A stretch of DNA of 64,000 nucleotides, taken from contig JBFGJG010000002.1 of the NCBI GenBank assembly GCA_041577295.1, positions 1 through 64,000 of the forward strand, written 5' to 3'. Both the position numbers and the translations under genes were made by a program. Below are positions 1-11,056 of this stretch, piece by piece. Each line of letters starts with the position of its first letter. The stretch's first letter is position 1. Source of the DNA: Gemmatimonadales bacterium. GTDB lineage: Bacteria; Gemmatimonadota; Gemmatimonadetes; Gemmatimonadales; GWC2-71-9. The notes under the pieces were generated by a model, which saw only the letters and a program-made list of their open reading frames with translations, ran no database searches and was not told the origin of the DNA.

Positions 1-15
1 CCCCCCCGCGTCTCC

Positions 16-36
16 CTGCTACCCCCGCGGTAGCAG
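16..36 (-). terminator. Short hairpin downstream of the padR-like gene
   Basis: CTGCTACC (16-23) / GGTAGCAG (29-36) 8-bp stem just after the stop; no U-tract. Confidence 0.3.
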
Positions 37-51
37 CCCAGTTCCGCTACC

Positions 52-600
52 TCAGAGCAGCGTGTCCAACTCCTTCACCGCGTGCTCGAGAATTTCCGCT
101 ACCCGCGTACGCTTCTCCTTGTCGTCACGAAGCTTCCAGGTTGCCCGATACGCCTGACCCACCAACCGACCGACCAGTCGCGTGACTTCCGGCATGGGGT
201 CACTAAAGAACGACTCGAGCGTTTCATCTACACGATCGAAGATGTCCTCCACGGTCGTCTTGTGCTCTTCCAAAAACTCGAGCCCTTGTTGCGTGATCGC
301 GTACACCTTCTTTCCCTCGACCTCGTCTCCCTTGACCAACCCTTCGTCCTCCAACCACTGGAGCGTGGGATAGACGGTACCCGGTGATGGCTTGTAACAG
401 CCGTGCGTCTGTTCCTCGAGCGCCTTCATGACCTCATAACCATGCATGGGCTTTTCTTTGAGGAGCTTGAGAATGACGTATTTCATGTCTCCCGACTCGA
501 ACCACTGGCGCCGTCCTCGGCGACGACGATGTCTCGGCCCACCCCACATCCAGTCCCACTCGCCGGGTGCAAATCCGAAACCGAATACTCGATGTGTCAT
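52..600 (-). CDS. PadR family transcriptional regulator (YqjI-like)
   Basis: ILKLLKEKPMHGYE...PSPGTVYPTLQWLEDEG...KKVYAIT winged helix; AGGAGG RBS upstream of the ATG at 600. Confidence 0.92.
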   Translation of the reverse strand: MTHRVFGFGFAPGEWDWMWGGPRHRRRRGRRQWFESGDMKYVILKLLKEKPMHGYEVMKALEEQTHGCYKPSPGTVYPTLQWLEDEGLVKGDEVEGKKVYAITQQGLEFLEEHKTTVEDIFDRVDETLESFFSDPMPEVTRLVGRLVGQAYRATWKLRDDKEKRTRVAEILEHAVKELDTLL

Positions 601-659
601 CGATCCTCCTGCTGGCGGGTTCACGCCAGAACCACGACACTACGTACGATACAACTGGA

Positions 660-703
660 CGATACTACGTAAGTAGTATCGCAAGATATATCGTAAAGGT
701 CAA
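660..703 (-). promoter_or_regulatory. Sigma70-type promoter of padR with overlapping palindromes (probable auto-operator)
   Basis: Minus strand TTGACC (698-703), 17 nt, GATACT (675-680); GATATATC palindrome in the spacer (685-692); CGATACTAC-N4-GTAGTATCG inverted repeat at 660-681. Confidence 0.6.
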
Positions 704-720
704 TATCGGGGCAGACAATC

Positions 721-1137
721 TTAGTGAACGACTGCCAGCGGCCAGTCCATGTGACCGTAGTAGGCGATGAACAACGATGCTCCCGCGAGGGCGATGGTCA
801 TGAAAAACGAGGCGCGGGCCCGCATTCTGAGGCTTGGATCGGTCTCACGCCAAAACGGGTGGAGCGCGAAGGCCCCGGGGAAGAGCACCAGAAAAAGGAG
901 TCCGGCGCCAATGAACCGACTCCACCCGGTGAGCACGAATGCGCCGCCGGCCAACAGCATGAGACCGGTGGCGAACGTAACGGGCCGAGGCCCTGGGATC
1001 TCTTTCTGACGGAAGTACTCCACGACAGGGTCGGGTCGCAGGAGATGGGTCAAGCCGTAAATGACAAAAAACGACGAGAATAGGACGCGCCCGGCGAGGT
1101 GCAGCGAGGGCCACAAGGACCACAACTGATCTGGCAT
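721..1137 (-). CDS. DoxX family membrane protein
   Basis: GRVLFSSFFVIYGLTH...HPFW...IALAGASL; four hydrophobic segments. Confidence 0.85.
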   Translation of the reverse strand: MPDQLWSLWPSLHLAGRVLFSSFFVIYGLTHLLRPDPVVEYFRQKEIPGPRPVTFATGLMLLAGGAFVLTGWSRFIGAGLLFLVLFPGAFALHPFWRETDPSLRMRARASFFMTIALAGASLFIAYYGHMDWPLAVVH

Positions 1138-1209
1138 CTCTCCCGCCTCCGCTCATGGGGAACGGAGGAGATTGGGGGCCCAGGGAGAGCGCCGCAAGGA
1201 CCGGCGCTC

Positions 1210-2247
1210 TCACTCCCGCTCCGGGACTGTGGCCGTGATCGTCATGCGCCGCTTGTTTCGCATGACGTCGATGCGCATGGACTCGCCGGGCTCATAGGAC
1301 CGCATGATTCGGAGCGCGTGGGATGGCGATGAAGGCGACCGACCATCGATGCTCAGAATGACGTCTCCGCTCTGTAGGTCCAACCCACCCTCACGAGCTC
1401 CACGAATGACGAGCACACCTTCCGTCGTACCGAAGTACGCTCCGAGTTGCTCGTCGAGGGTCACGAGCTCGAGGTCGAGCCAGCGGCCTGGAAGCCGAAT
1501 CTGAATGGGATCGAGCGCAATGCGTGGCATCACCCTCATGGCGTCGCCCAACTCGATACGGCTTCGGATCCCATCTCGCTCGAAGAACACGTCGCCGGAG
1601 TCGCTCGACCAGCCGAACGCGTAGGCGCTGGAATCGAGCTTCCGGAGAACCACGCTGGTCTCTCGGTTCTCGCTGCCACGGCGATACGCAATTCGCAGCG
1701 TATCTCCCTCGTCGCGCTCGCGAACGATGCGCGCCAGCTTGTCCCCGGGGCGCTCACCGCGTCTACCAGATCGCGCCAAAGTTTCTCCATTTACCCGTGT
1801 CACCACGTCGCCAACGCGCAGCCCGGCCTCATCTGCAGGGCCGCCCGGCGTGACCGCCTGCAGACGAGCGCCGACGGTGTCGGTCGACGTTGGGTCTCCC
1901 GTATCGAGAATGACTCCCATACGGGCCCTATCGTCCCCAAAAACCCGGACAAACGCTCGTTCTTCATTCGGCAGGATCATGATGTCGCGCAACTGGCCAC
2001 GGCCCAGCGCTCGCGCAGCCGCCCTCAGTTCTCGCATCGCGTCCTCCAGGGCGCGGCGCGCATCGGCCTCCTCAAGACGCAGTTGGCGCATCGCCGACTC
2101 CAGAGCTCGCCGAGCATCCTCGAGTCTCCGTTCCGCCTCGGCGACCCGTTCCTCGTCGCTGCCTCGTTCTCGTTCCTGCGTCACCGCCGTCGCCGGCATC
2201 GCCACCATCAGCGCCGCGAGCGTCGTGACAAGCACCCTGCTGTTCAT
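1210..2247 (-). CDS. Exported PDZ-domain protein (coiled coil + two PDZ domains, no protease domain)
   Basis: Signal peptide; VTPGGPADEAGLRVGDVVTRVNG and LQSGDVILSIDG PDZ motifs; AGGAG 8 nt before the ATG at 2247. Confidence 0.85.
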   Translation of the reverse strand: MNSRVLVTTLAALMVAMPATAVTQERERGSDEERVAEAERRLEDARRALESAMRQLRLEEADARRALEDAMRELRAAARALGRGQLRDIMILPNEERAFVRVFGDDRARMGVILDTGDPTSTDTVGARLQAVTPGGPADEAGLRVGDVVTRVNGETLARSGRRGERPGDKLARIVRERDEGDTLRIAYRRGSENRETSVVLRKLDSSAYAFGWSSDSGDVFFERDGIRSRIELGDAMRVMPRIALDPIQIRLPGRWLDLELVTLDEQLGAYFGTTEGVLVIRGAREGGLDLQSGDVILSIDGRSPSSPSHALRIMRSYEPGESMRIDVMRNKRRMTITATVPERE

Positions 2248-2347
2248 GACTCGCACTCCTTATGAAACGACCGACAGCCGCCGATTCTATGCATCGTGCC
2301 TTCGCAGGGTACTCCGCGTAGCCCCGGTGGCTGCCGGTCTCTTTCGT

Positions 2348-2959
2348 TCAGAATCCTTCGTACGCCACCTGTCTTACATGTACGTTGACCAGCGCATCCA
2401 TTAGCGCCAGTCGTTGCTGCCATAGCGATGCCAGATCATTCCGCGGTGCGTTGCCGACAGTTGCGTGCTCGATGCCGGCATCGATCAATGCGATACGATC
2501 CTCCAGATCAGCGATGGCACTCGCCGTTAGGCCGTCGATGACCCGCCCATGCTGCTCCACTTCTCTGAGCAAGCCTTCGAGCTGTCGTGACTGCCCGCGC
2601 AACGACTCGAGTTCCACGGGTGTGATCGCCGACGGTGCAACGTCATTCGTCAGGGAAAGCTGCGGCACCCCACCGACTCCCACGACCGCCACGACAGCGG
2701 CCGCGGCAGTGACGCCGGCTACCGCGACGCCAATATTCCACCGCCGGCGGCGCTGTGACACCAGCCGTTCGCGAACGGTCGACCATCGTTCACGCGGTGG
2801 ACGCAGACTCGGCAGCGCCTTGAGGCTGGCAACTCGTTGATACAGCCGGTCGAGCTCGGTCCGGCACGCCCCGCAGTCGTCGACGTGTGCCCGGGCCGCC
2901 GTAGAGCCCTCTCCATCTCGAATGTCTAACAGCTCTGCCATCGTGCAATGTCTCAACAT
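2348..2959 (-). CDS. Putative anti-sigma factor (zinc-binding HxxxCxxC + TM helix)
   Basis: HVDDCGAC motif, one TM segment, overlaps the ECF sigma stop. Confidence 0.8.
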   Translation of the reverse strand: MLRHCTMAELLDIRDGEGSTAARAHVDDCGACRTELDRLYQRVASLKALPSLRPPRERWSTVRERLVSQRRRRWNIGVAVAGVTAAAAVVAVVGVGGVPQLSLTNDVAPSAITPVELESLRGQSRQLEGLLREVEQHGRVIDGLTASAIADLEDRIALIDAGIEHATVGNAPRNDLASLWQQRLALMDALVNVHVRQVAYEGF

Positions 2960-3504
2960 TGCGCCTCCTCACCGAGCATCCGTCGTAGCCGCGCGTGAGC
3001 GCGTGACAGCTGGGACTTGGAAAAGCTCACCGTCTTTCCCATAAGCTCGGCAATCTCCTCGTGTGTGTATCCTTCCACGTCGTGGAGCCAGACGACCGCC
3101 CGTGACGTGTCCGACAGTCGCGACAAGGCCTCCTCCAGATCCAATCGCAACGCCACGTCACTATCCCGTTTTGCCGCCGACGGTCCATCTTCTGTCAGGT
3201 CGTCGGTCTCGCGGTACTTCTCCGCACGGAGTCGCATAAGCGCTTTGCTCGCGGCGATCCGCTTCACCCACGCCGTCAGGCTTCCGTGACCGGTTCCGCG
3301 GAACCTGCGGATGCTGTTGCACACCTCGAGGAACGTCTCCTGTAGGACGTCCTCGGCATCCTCAGCCGTGCGGCACATGCGGCGCGCGATGGTGTAGACG
3401 GTGCCCTCGTACGCGCGGTACACATTCTCGAGCGCCGCGAGATCACCCGTCTTCGCACGCTGAATGGCCAGTTCGTCGAGCGCAACCAAGGTCATTCCGG
3501 TCAT
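2953..3504 (-). CDS. ECF RNA polymerase sigma factor
   Basis: AEDVLQETF (region 2), YTHEEIAELMG...SKSQLSRA (region 4); start at 3504 or 3495. Confidence 0.92.
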   Translation of the reverse strand: MTGMTLVALDELAIQRAKTGDLAALENVYRAYEGTVYTIARRMCRTAEDAEDVLQETFLEVCNSIRRFRGTGHGSLTAWVKRIAASKALMRLRAEKYRETDDLTEDGPSAAKRDSDVALRLDLEEALSRLSDTSRAVVWLHDVEGYTHEEIAELMGKTVSFSKSQLSRAHARLRRMLGEEAQC

Positions 3505-3513
3505 CCGCCAGTA

Positions 3514-3542
3514 TAGATGCGCGCCACCCCGGGGGGGTCGCA
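3514..3542 (-). promoter_or_regulatory. Putative ECF-type autoregulatory promoter
   Basis: Minus strand TGCGACC-N15-GCATCTA, about 10 nt upstream of the sigma ATG. Confidence 0.4.
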
Positions 3543-3610
3543 GTTCTGGAGTCCCCACCGGTGTCACCCCCCAGGTGAGCAATGAGCAGACACTTCCACT
3601 CCCTCCGTCC

Positions 3611-3652
3611 TCCTCCTTACCCCTAACTCCTTGCTCCTCACCGCTTACACTA
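3611..3652. repeat. Degenerate heptamer tandem repeat
   Basis: tcctcct tacccct aactcct tgctcct caccgct tacacta. Confidence 0.55.
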
Positions 3653-3662
3653 TTGTTCAGTC

Positions 3663-4784
3663 ATGCACGCCACCAAGCCAAACCCCGAGACCCTTGCCCG
3701 CTGGCTCCACCACCTAAGGGATGAGGCGGACGCAGCGTTCCTCTATCGAGCCCTCGGAAGTGCCGAACGGAACCCCAAGAAACGAGATCTTTATACACGC
3801 CTAGCCCATGTGGAGGATCGTCACGTGGGGCTCTGGCGGTCGTTGTTGGCTGAGCAAGGTCACGACGTCGCGACACCAACTCCTTCGGTACGCGCGCGGC
3901 TCATGGCGAAGCTCGCTCGCTGGCTCGGGCCAGGGCTACTGCTGCCCGTGCTACTCCGGGAGGAGGGTCGTGAGGTCAAGGGATACCTCGAACTCTATCG
4001 CGAGAGCGCCCCAGGGACGACCCGGGACACGGCGCTGACGCTCGCCCGGGAGTCCGCAGAACACGCCGAAACGCTTGGCACCATCGCGGGAAAGGCAGGT
4101 GAACCGTGGCACCGAACCGAGTCGGGCGGATTCTTGAGGAACGTCGTATACGGCTTCAACGACGGACTGACAGCGAACTTTGGTTTGGTTGCGGGCGTGA
4201 TCGGTGCGGCGGTCGAGCCGCACATCGTTCTGGTTTCGGGTCTCGCCGGCATGATTGCCGATGCGCTTTCGATGGGGTCCTCGGGCTATCTGGCGGCGAA
4301 GAGCGAGCGTGAGGTGTATGCGCATGAGATCGCCATGGAGCGGGAAGAGCTCGCGCTCATGCCAGAGGTCGAGGAGGAAGAGCTCGCGCTGCTGTACGAG
4401 GCGAAGGGCGTGGGCCCTGAGCGGGCTCGGCGTATGGCAAGCGATATCATGCGGGATCCGGAGCGCGCGCTCGACGAGAAGGTTCGTGAAGAGCTCAAGA
4501 TCGGCGAGGCACACACCACCCCTTTGAAGGAGGGCTGGATCACCGGCACCGCCACCGGCTTTGGCGCCCTCATTCCTGTTGCACCGTTCTTCTTCACGTC
4601 GGGCGTCCTCGCCATCTTGCTCTCGTTCGCCGTGTCCATGCTTTCACATTTTGGCGTCGGAGCGGCACGGAGTGTGTTTACCGGCCGTGGTCTCTTTCGG
4701 AGCGGGTTCGACATGTTCGTGGTGGGACTGGGTGTGGCAATCGTGGGGTACTTCGTTGGCGATCTGGTCGCCGGGTGGTTCTAA
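3663..4784 (+). CDS. VIT1/CCC1 family transporter with N-terminal ferritin/rubrerythrin-like domain (MbfA-like Fe/Mn exporter)
   Basis: EDRH and SAEH helices in the N-terminal part; LRNVVYGFNDGL...GLAGMIADALSMG VIT1 signature. Confidence 0.88.
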   Translation: MHATKPNPETLARWLHHLRDEADAAFLYRALGSAERNPKKRDLYTRLAHVEDRHVGLWRSLLAEQGHDVATPTPSVRARLMAKLARWLGPGLLLPVLLREEGREVKGYLELYRESAPGTTRDTALTLARESAEHAETLGTIAGKAGEPWHRTESGGFLRNVVYGFNDGLTANFGLVAGVIGAAVEPHIVLVSGLAGMIADALSMGSSGYLAAKSEREVYAHEIAMEREELALMPEVEEEELALLYEAKGVGPERARRMASDIMRDPERALDEKVREELKIGEAHTTPLKEGWITGTATGFGALIPVAPFFFTSGVLAILLSFAVSMLSHFGVGAARSVFTGRGLFRSGFDMFVVGLGVAIVGYFVGDLVAGWF

Positions 4785-4832
4785 CGACAGTCCCCTCACC
4801 TCCCGACACCAGAGTTCTTACTCCTTACTGAC

Positions 4833-7283
4833 TCAAACTACCAGATTCACCAACCGATCCGGCACGGACACCACCTTCTTCACCCGTCGCTCGCGGATGG
4901 CCCGGCGCACGCCATCGTCGGCCATCGCACGACGCACCGCCTCCTCCTCTGCGAGGCCGGTTGGTACAAGCACACGTCCGCGCACCTTTCCATTGACCTG
5001 TACAACGAGCTCGACCGTGTCCTCTTGCGCCACACTCTCGTCGTATGTCGGCCAGGCCGCGAGGAAGATCGACCGCGTATTCCCAAGCCGCTCCCAACAT
5101 TCCTCGGAAAAATGCGGGGCGTACGGCGATAGCATGACGATCAACGGAGCGAGCAAGCTCGTGGGAACCTGGACGTCATCGCCGTCACCGAGAACCGCGG
5201 GACTTCTCAGCACGTTGACGTACTCCATCATCGCGGCAATTGCGGTGTTATACCGGAGCTCGGCAGTATCCACCGTCACCTTCCGAATGGTCTGGTGCAG
5301 CTTTCTCAGCGCATCCGGGAACGCGGTCGCGTCGAGGCTCGCATCTGCCTGCCCAACCAGACTCCACACCTTGTCCAGGAATCGCCGGACACCGACGATC
5401 CCTTCGTCCCGGAAGTCGCCGCCCTCTTGATACGGGCCGAGGAACATGAGATACACCCGGAACGTATCGGCGCCCCATTCGGCAATGAACTTGTCCGGAA
5501 TGACAACGTTCCCACGGGACTTCGACATCTTCGCTCCATCCTTCACGATCGTACCGTGGGCGCGGAACTGCCGGAACGGCTCCTCGAAGTCGAGATACCC
5601 AAGATCGTGCAGCGCCATGTTGATGAACCGCGCGTACAACAGATGAAGCACGGCGTGCTCGTTCCCACCGATGTAGCAATCCACGGGCAGCCATTTGGCC
5701 GTGCGCGTTCGATCGAACGGCTTGTCGTCGAAATCCGTCGACGGATACCGCAGGAAGTACCAGGACGAATCGAGAAACGTGTCGGACACATCGGTTTCGC
5801 GGCGCCCTGGCCGGCCACATTGTGGACAGGGTACGACAAACCAGTCTTTGTGACGAGCGAGCGGGGACACGCCTGAGGCGTCCGGTCTGAAGTCCTCGAT
5901 GAACGGGAGCGTAACCGGAAGATCCTGTTCCGGTACTGGCACGGTGCCGCAGGCGTCGCAGTAGATGATGGGGATGGGTGGCCCCCAATACCGCTGTCGC
6001 GAAACGCACCAGTCGTGGATGCGGTACTGGAGGCGAACTTCACCGAGCCCCTTTTCCTTCAGCCACTGGGTGATGGCGGGTACCGCTTCTACGCACGGCA
6101 GGTTGTCGAACTGGCCGGAGTTGATCAGCACCGCATCCCATCCCTCGTACGGCAACACGGTCTCACCCTCCGTCGCACGCACGACCTGCTGGATGGGAAG
6201 ATCGAATTGGGTTGCGAACTCGAAATCGCGCTCGTCGTGCGCCGGGACCGCCATGATCGCCCCGGTGCCGTACTCCATGAGCACGTAGTCGGCCACCCAG
6301 ATGGGGATCGACTCGTCGGTGGCCGGGTTGCGGGCGTAGGAGCCTGTGAACACCCCTGTCTTCTCCTTCGAGCCAACTTTGCGACTCACGAGATCCTTGG
6401 CGGCCGAGGCCCGCCGGTACTCTTGGATGGCCGGCCGCTGTTCTCGCGTCGTCAGTCTTTCGACGAATGGGTGCTCAGGGGCGAGGACGAGGTACGTCGC
6501 TCCGAAGACCGTGTCCGGCCGGGTGGTGAACACGCTGATGCGATGATCCGTTGGAGTCTCGAAGATGAGCTCCGCGCCCTCGGATCGGCCGATCCAGTTG
6601 CGCTGCATCGCCCTGGTGGACTCGGACCAGTCGATCCAGTCCAGGTTGTCGAGCAGTCGCTGCGCAAAGGCAGTGATCTTGAAGAACCACTGCTCGAGGA
6701 AACGCTGATGGACCGGCGTGTCCGGATGCCGCTCGCAGTTGCCGTTGATAACCTGCTCATTCGCGAGCACGGTCTTGCATTCGGGACACCAGTTCACCGG
6801 TGCGCGCTTCCGCTCGACTAGCCCCGCTTCGAAGAGCTTCACGAAGATCCACTGTGTCCATTTGTAATACCGTGGATCTGTCGTCGAGAGCTCGTGATCC
6901 CAGTTGACCATCAGGCCGACGCGCCTCAGCTGCTGCCGAAAACGCACGATGTTGTTTGGGATCAGGGTTCCGGGGTGCGTGTTGACTTTGAGAGCGTAGT
7001 TCTCTGAGTGAATGCCAAACGCATCGAAGCCAATCGGCTCGAAGACTTGGCATCCCCGCAAGCGCTGGAAGCGTCCGTGAATGTCATTGCCCACGAACGC
7101 AAACACGTTGCCAACGTGGAGCCCTTCCGCCGAGGGATAGGGGAACATCATCAGTTGGTAGAAGGGGCGGTCAGCACCGTGGAGATCGACGGCGTTGGTC
7201 CGCCATCGCTCCCACCGGCGCTGCCATTTTGCCTCAACGGCCTGCGGCTCGTACGTCGCCACGTCGGTCTTCGCATCGCTCAT
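4833..7283 (-). CDS. leuS: Leucine--tRNA ligase
   Basis: MFPYPSAEGLHVGN (HIGH), GTG...AVPAHDERD editing domain, KMSKS. Confidence 0.98.
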   Translation of the reverse strand: MSDAKTDVATYEPQAVEAKWQRRWERWRTNAVDLHGADRPFYQLMMFPYPSAEGLHVGNVFAFVGNDIHGRFQRLRGCQVFEPIGFDAFGIHSENYALKVNTHPGTLIPNNIVRFRQQLRRVGLMVNWDHELSTTDPRYYKWTQWIFVKLFEAGLVERKRAPVNWCPECKTVLANEQVINGNCERHPDTPVHQRFLEQWFFKITAFAQRLLDNLDWIDWSESTRAMQRNWIGRSEGAELIFETPTDHRISVFTTRPDTVFGATYLVLAPEHPFVERLTTREQRPAIQEYRRASAAKDLVSRKVGSKEKTGVFTGSYARNPATDESIPIWVADYVLMEYGTGAIMAVPAHDERDFEFATQFDLPIQQVVRATEGETVLPYEGWDAVLINSGQFDNLPCVEAVPAITQWLKEKGLGEVRLQYRIHDWCVSRQRYWGPPIPIIYCDACGTVPVPEQDLPVTLPFIEDFRPDASGVSPLARHKDWFVVPCPQCGRPGRRETDVSDTFLDSSWYFLRYPSTDFDDKPFDRTRTAKWLPVDCYIGGNEHAVLHLLYARFINMALHDLGYLDFEEPFRQFRAHGTIVKDGAKMSKSRGNVVIPDKFIAEWGADTFRVYLMFLGPYQEGGDFRDEGIVGVRRFLDKVWSLVGQADASLDATAFPDALRKLHQTIRKVTVDTAELRYNTAIAAMMEYVNVLRSPAVLGDGDDVQVPTSLLAPLIVMLSPYAPHFSEECWERLGNTRSIFLAAWPTYDESVAQEDTVELVVQVNGKVRGRVLVPTGLAEEEAVRRAMADDGVRRAIRERRVKKVVSVPDRLVNLVV

Positions 7284-7346
7284 AAGGAGCGTAATTTACC
7301 ATGGCTTGCCCCCCCTGGAAGCCTTCCGTAGCTTAGGCCGGATCAT

Positions 7347-9461
7347 ATGGCCTCCAAATCTGCCGACCTCCGGCGACGCGTGCTCCTCGTCGGAGCACCT
7401 CTGGCCGTGCTGGCCGTCGCCACAGCCGCCGTCGCCGCCAACCGAATCGCCACATTGCAGTTCGAACGGTCAACCGCCCGGGCTGTGACCGCGGCAGCGT
7501 TGCGCACCGCATCGACGGTGGATCTCTACCTGCAAGAGCGACACGCGGCGGTGCGAATGCTCGCGGGCGTGCCAACGCTTGTCGAGCGGGCTCGGCGTTC
7601 CGGGATTCGGGCCGTGGCGCTTGGTCTGGATGGGAGGGGAGTCGATGACCTCGAGCGTGCCTTCCAGGCGACCCGCATGCTCGAACCCGAAGCGCAGGTC
7701 AACGCCTTCCTAGCACGCGTACGCGACGACTCGGATTTTGTTGAGCTCATCGTGACCGATCGACACGGGTTTACTGTGGCCGCGAGCAATCCCACGTCAG
7801 ATTTCGTGCAAGCAGACGAGGCGTGGTGGCAGCGGGCGTTCGAGCTCGGCGATCATCAGGACGCTGCAGAGTTTGACGAGTCCGCCGGCGCCACGGCGGT
7901 AGGCCTCTCCGTGCGGATCGAAGATCCAGGCTCGGGGGAGCGGCTTGGAGTGTTGAAAGCTGTACTGGACCTGTCCCGCCTCGTGCTCATCATCTCTCCG
8001 CGGAGCGACACGACGACCATTCAGACAGCGGTGGTGGACTCGGCCGCGCGCGTCGTCGCATCGCGCGATGTGGCCCAGTTACTGGGCCGGCTGCCGGGAG
8101 CGGACTCGATCACGCTCGGGAGTGCAATATCCGCCGCGACCATCCGGCGCGCCGGAGCACCACCGGAGCGTGTCGCGACTACGCCAATCAACCGCGCACC
8201 ATGGTGGGTCGTTGCGCGAGAGCCGGTGGATGTCGCGGCCGGAGTGGCCGTGGTCCGCCGGGTTGTGATACTCGCCGCCGCGGGGCTGTTGGTGCTGATC
8301 ATCGTCGTGATTTACTGGCTGTCGATGTGGCTCAATCGCCGGGTGACACAGCCGGTGCGAGCGGCAGGGGACATTGCGACGCGAGTGGCAGGGGGTGATC
8401 TCTCGGTGAGCGCGCTACCGCACCACACGGGAGCGCAGGAAGTGTCCCAGTTGCTGTCTTCTGTCGAATCGATGGTAACCGCACTGCGGCAGTTGGTAGG
8501 GCAGATCAGGTCCGCCGCGCAGGACTCGGCAGCTATGGCTCAAGAGATCTCCGCAAGCACCGAGGAGATGTCCGCCTCGACGCAAGAGATGGCGCACACC
8601 TGTCAAAGCCTCACGGAGCAGGCGACGCAAGAAGCCGAAACCCTTCGGGCAGCGGCAGTGGATGCTTCCCGGATCCTCGAGATAGCGACGGCGCTGGCTG
8701 ACGGCGCCAGCGAAGCGGCATCGCGCAGCACACAGCTCGCAACGCTCGCAGCTCGTCACCGGGAAGAACTCACCGGTGGTGCGGAGCAGCTCACTAGCTT
8801 GGCCGCTGACCTCGAGCGGGGGGCCGCGGATGCGGAAGTGCTCGCGAAGATGTCGGAGGAAGTCCAACACTTCGTGAAGCAGGCAAAGGACATTGGAGCG
8901 CAAACCAACATGCTGGCCCTCAACGCAGCCATCGAAGCGTCGCGCGCTGGCGCCGGGGAGAGCCGTGGTTTCGCCGTTGTGGCCGATGAAGTGCGCAAAC
9001 TGGCAACCCAAGCGTCGCGCGCGGCCACCACTACCGCGGAAACCGTACGCAACGTGCTGACGACACTGGAAGCGACGCGTGAGCGGCTCACTCGCCTCGT
9101 GGGCGCGAGTGCGTCGGTGCGCCGGGTGGCCGAGTCGGCGGTCGGAGGCCTGGAAGAGGTCGTCGGTGCGGCGCGGGACACGAGCAGATGGACCGAGGAG
9201 ATCTCCAGCGCGGCAACGGAGCTACGTCGCCTCGTTGAAGAGATCACGCAACGACTCGACGTGCTGGCGCAGGGAACGGAAGGAGTGGTTGCCGCGGCGG
9301 AAGAGATCGCGGCCTCGGCGCAGCAGCAGAGCGCCTCAACCCAGGAGATCGCAAGTTCTGCGTCACAGCTGGCCGAGTCGGCCGAACGTCTAACTGCGGC
9401 GGTGAGCTCTTTTCGAATCCAGCGCGAATCGGGACGGCTGGTGCGGAGCGGAGTCGACTAG
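7347..9461 (+). CDS. Methyl-accepting chemotaxis protein (Cache-like sensor, HAMP, MA domain)
   Basis: Two TMs; [17 protein letters not shown]...[13 protein letters not shown]. Confidence 0.93.
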   Translation: MASKSADLRRRVLLVGAPLAVLAVATAAVAANRIATLQFERSTARAVTAAALRTASTVDLYLQERHAAVRMLAGVPTLVERARRSGIRAVALGLDGRGVDDLERAFQATRMLEPEAQVNAFLARVRDDSDFVELIVTDRHGFTVAASNPTSDFVQADEAWWQRAFELGDHQDAAEFDESAGATAVGLSVRIEDPGSGERLGVLKAVLDLSRLVLIISPRSDTTTIQTAVVDSAARVVASRDVAQLLGRLPGADSITLGSAISAATIRRAGAPPERVATTPINRAPWWVVAREPVDVAAGVAVVRRVVILAAAGLLVLIIVVIYWLSMWLNRRVTQPVRAAGDIATRVAGGDLSVSALPHHTGAQEVSQLLSSVESMVTALRQLVGQIRSAAQDSAAMAQEISASTEEMSASTQEMAHTCQSLTEQATQEAETLRAAAVDASRILEIATALADGASEAASRSTQLATLAARHREELTGGAEQLTSLAADLERGAADAEVLAKMSEEVQHFVKQAKDIGAQTNMLALNAAIEASRAGAGESRGFAVVADEVRKLATQASRAATTTAETVRNVLTTLEATRERLTRLVGASASVRRVAESAVGGLEEVVGAARDTSRWTEEISSAATELRRLVEEITQRLDVLAQGTEGVVAAAEEIAASAQQQSASTQEIASSASQLAESAERLTAAVSSFRIQRESGRLVRSGVD

Positions 9462-11056
9462 GCGACCTCATCGAGGCTGGCGAACTGGACCTCGATGACA
9501 TCCTGCAGCTGTTCGAGACAACGAAGCACGCCCGGCTCCGGAGCTTGGTCGACCACGATCGCGGCGAGTGCTTCACTCCCAGGCGGCTCCAAACGGGACT
9601 GGTGGTACGATGCAATGTTGATGTGCGCATCGCCCAGGACCGTTCCAACGCGGCCGATCACACCGGGCACGTCTCGGTTGCGCAGCACCACAACGTGTCG
9701 GTCGGCCGGGATGTCGACCTGGAAATCGTTGATCCGAATGATGCGCCCCAGCCGATCGCCCACGACGGCACCCCCGATCCTCACGGTCCTGGCCGATGTT
9801 TCCAGCGTTATGCCGAGGGTCGTCTCGAAGCCTGCCTCCGGCGCTCCCACGCGGCGTTCGACGGTCATGCCACGTTCCCGCGCGAGGGTAGCTGCGTTCA
9901 CAAGGCTCACGGGCCCCACACCCATTCCGCTGAGGAGTCCCTCGACAGCAGCCAACATGGCGGGTCGCGGGGCGGCCTCGTCGGTCCCGCCGTAGGCCAT
10001 TTCCATCGCGCGGACCGGTCCGGCCGCGAGGGCCGCTGCCAATCGACCGAGCCGACGCGCGAGGTCGAGCACTCCGCGCAATCTCAGCAAGGCTTCACGA
10101 CTCACCCCTGGGAGATTCACCGCTCCTCCCACTGCACCGGTGAGCAAGGCGTCGCGCACAGCCGCGCAGATCTCGTGCGCGACGCGCGCTTGTGCTTCCG
10201 CGGTCGAGGCAGCGAGGTGCGGCGTCAGGATGATGCGGTCCGATCTCCGCAAGGGCGAATCCGTCGGGAGTGGCTCGACTTCGAACACGTCCAGGGCAGC
10301 GCCGGCGAGATGGTCACGCTCGATGGCCTCGAGCAGCGCGTCCGTGTCCACCAGCTCACCGCGTGCCGTATTGACGAGAATGGCACCCTGCTTCATTTGC
10401 GCGATCCGCTCGCGATTCAGCAGTCGCCGAGTCCCGTCGGTGAGTGGAACGTGCAAGGTGACGACATCGGCGCGAGCGAGCAGTAGGTCGAGGGAAAGAA
10501 GTTCAACACCCAGCGCGCGGGCCCGCTCTTCCGGCAGATAGGGATCGTGCGCGACCACCGTCATACCGAACGCCCGCGCCAAGTGAGCAACCGTAGCGCC
10601 GATTCGCCCCATGCCGATTGCACCGAGGGTCTTCCCGCGCAACTCTATTCCGGCAAACTGCGCGCGATCCCACCCCCCCTGTCGCAGACACGCTGCCGCC
10701 CACGGAATGCGCCGCACGAGTGCCATGAGCAAACCCATGGTGTGCTCAGCAGCACTCACGGTGTTGGCGCCGGGCGCATTGAGCACGGCGATGCCGCGTC
10801 GGGTTGCGGCGGCCAGATCGATATTATCCACGCCGATACCCGCCCGCCCAATGATCGCGAGATCCGGTGCATCGGAGATGAGATCCTCAGTCACCTTGGT
10901 CTCGGACCTGACCACCAGCGCGTGGGCGCGGCGAAGCTCTGAGCGCAGGCGTTCCGGCTTCCCGACCGTCGAAACCACTTCGAGCTCCGCAACCTCGCGT
11001 AGCAATGCAAAACCGCGTTCGTCAATCCGATCCGCAACGACAACGACGTGGGTCAC
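9458..11056 (-). CDS. serA: D-3-phosphoglycerate dehydrogenase (long form with ACT domain)
   Basis: [31 protein letters not shown]-terminal [12 protein letters not shown]. Confidence 0.95.
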   Translation of the reverse strand: MTHVVVVADRIDERGFALLREVAELEVVSTVGKPERLRSELRRAHALVVRSETKVTEDLISDAPDLAIIGRAGIGVDNIDLAAATRRGIAVLNAPGANTVSAAEHTMGLLMALVRRIPWAAACLRQGGWDRAQFAGIELRGKTLGAIGMGRIGATVAHLARAFGMTVVAHDPYLPEERARALGVELLSLDLLLARADVVTLHVPLTDGTRRLLNRERIAQMKQGAILVNTARGELVDTDALLEAIERDHLAGAALDVFEVEPLPTDSPLRRSDRIILTPHLAASTAEAQARVAHEICAAVRDALLTGAVGGAVNLPGVSREALLRLRGVLDLARRLGRLAAALAAGPVRAMEMAYGGTDEAAPRPAMLAAVEGLLSGMGVGPVSLVNAATLARERGMTVERRVGAPEAGFETTLGITLETSARTVRIGGAVVGDRLGRIIRINDFQVDIPADRHVVVLRNRDVPGVIGRVGTVLGDAHINIASYHQSRLEPPGSEALAAIVVDQAPEPGVLRCLEQLQDVIEVQFASLDEVA

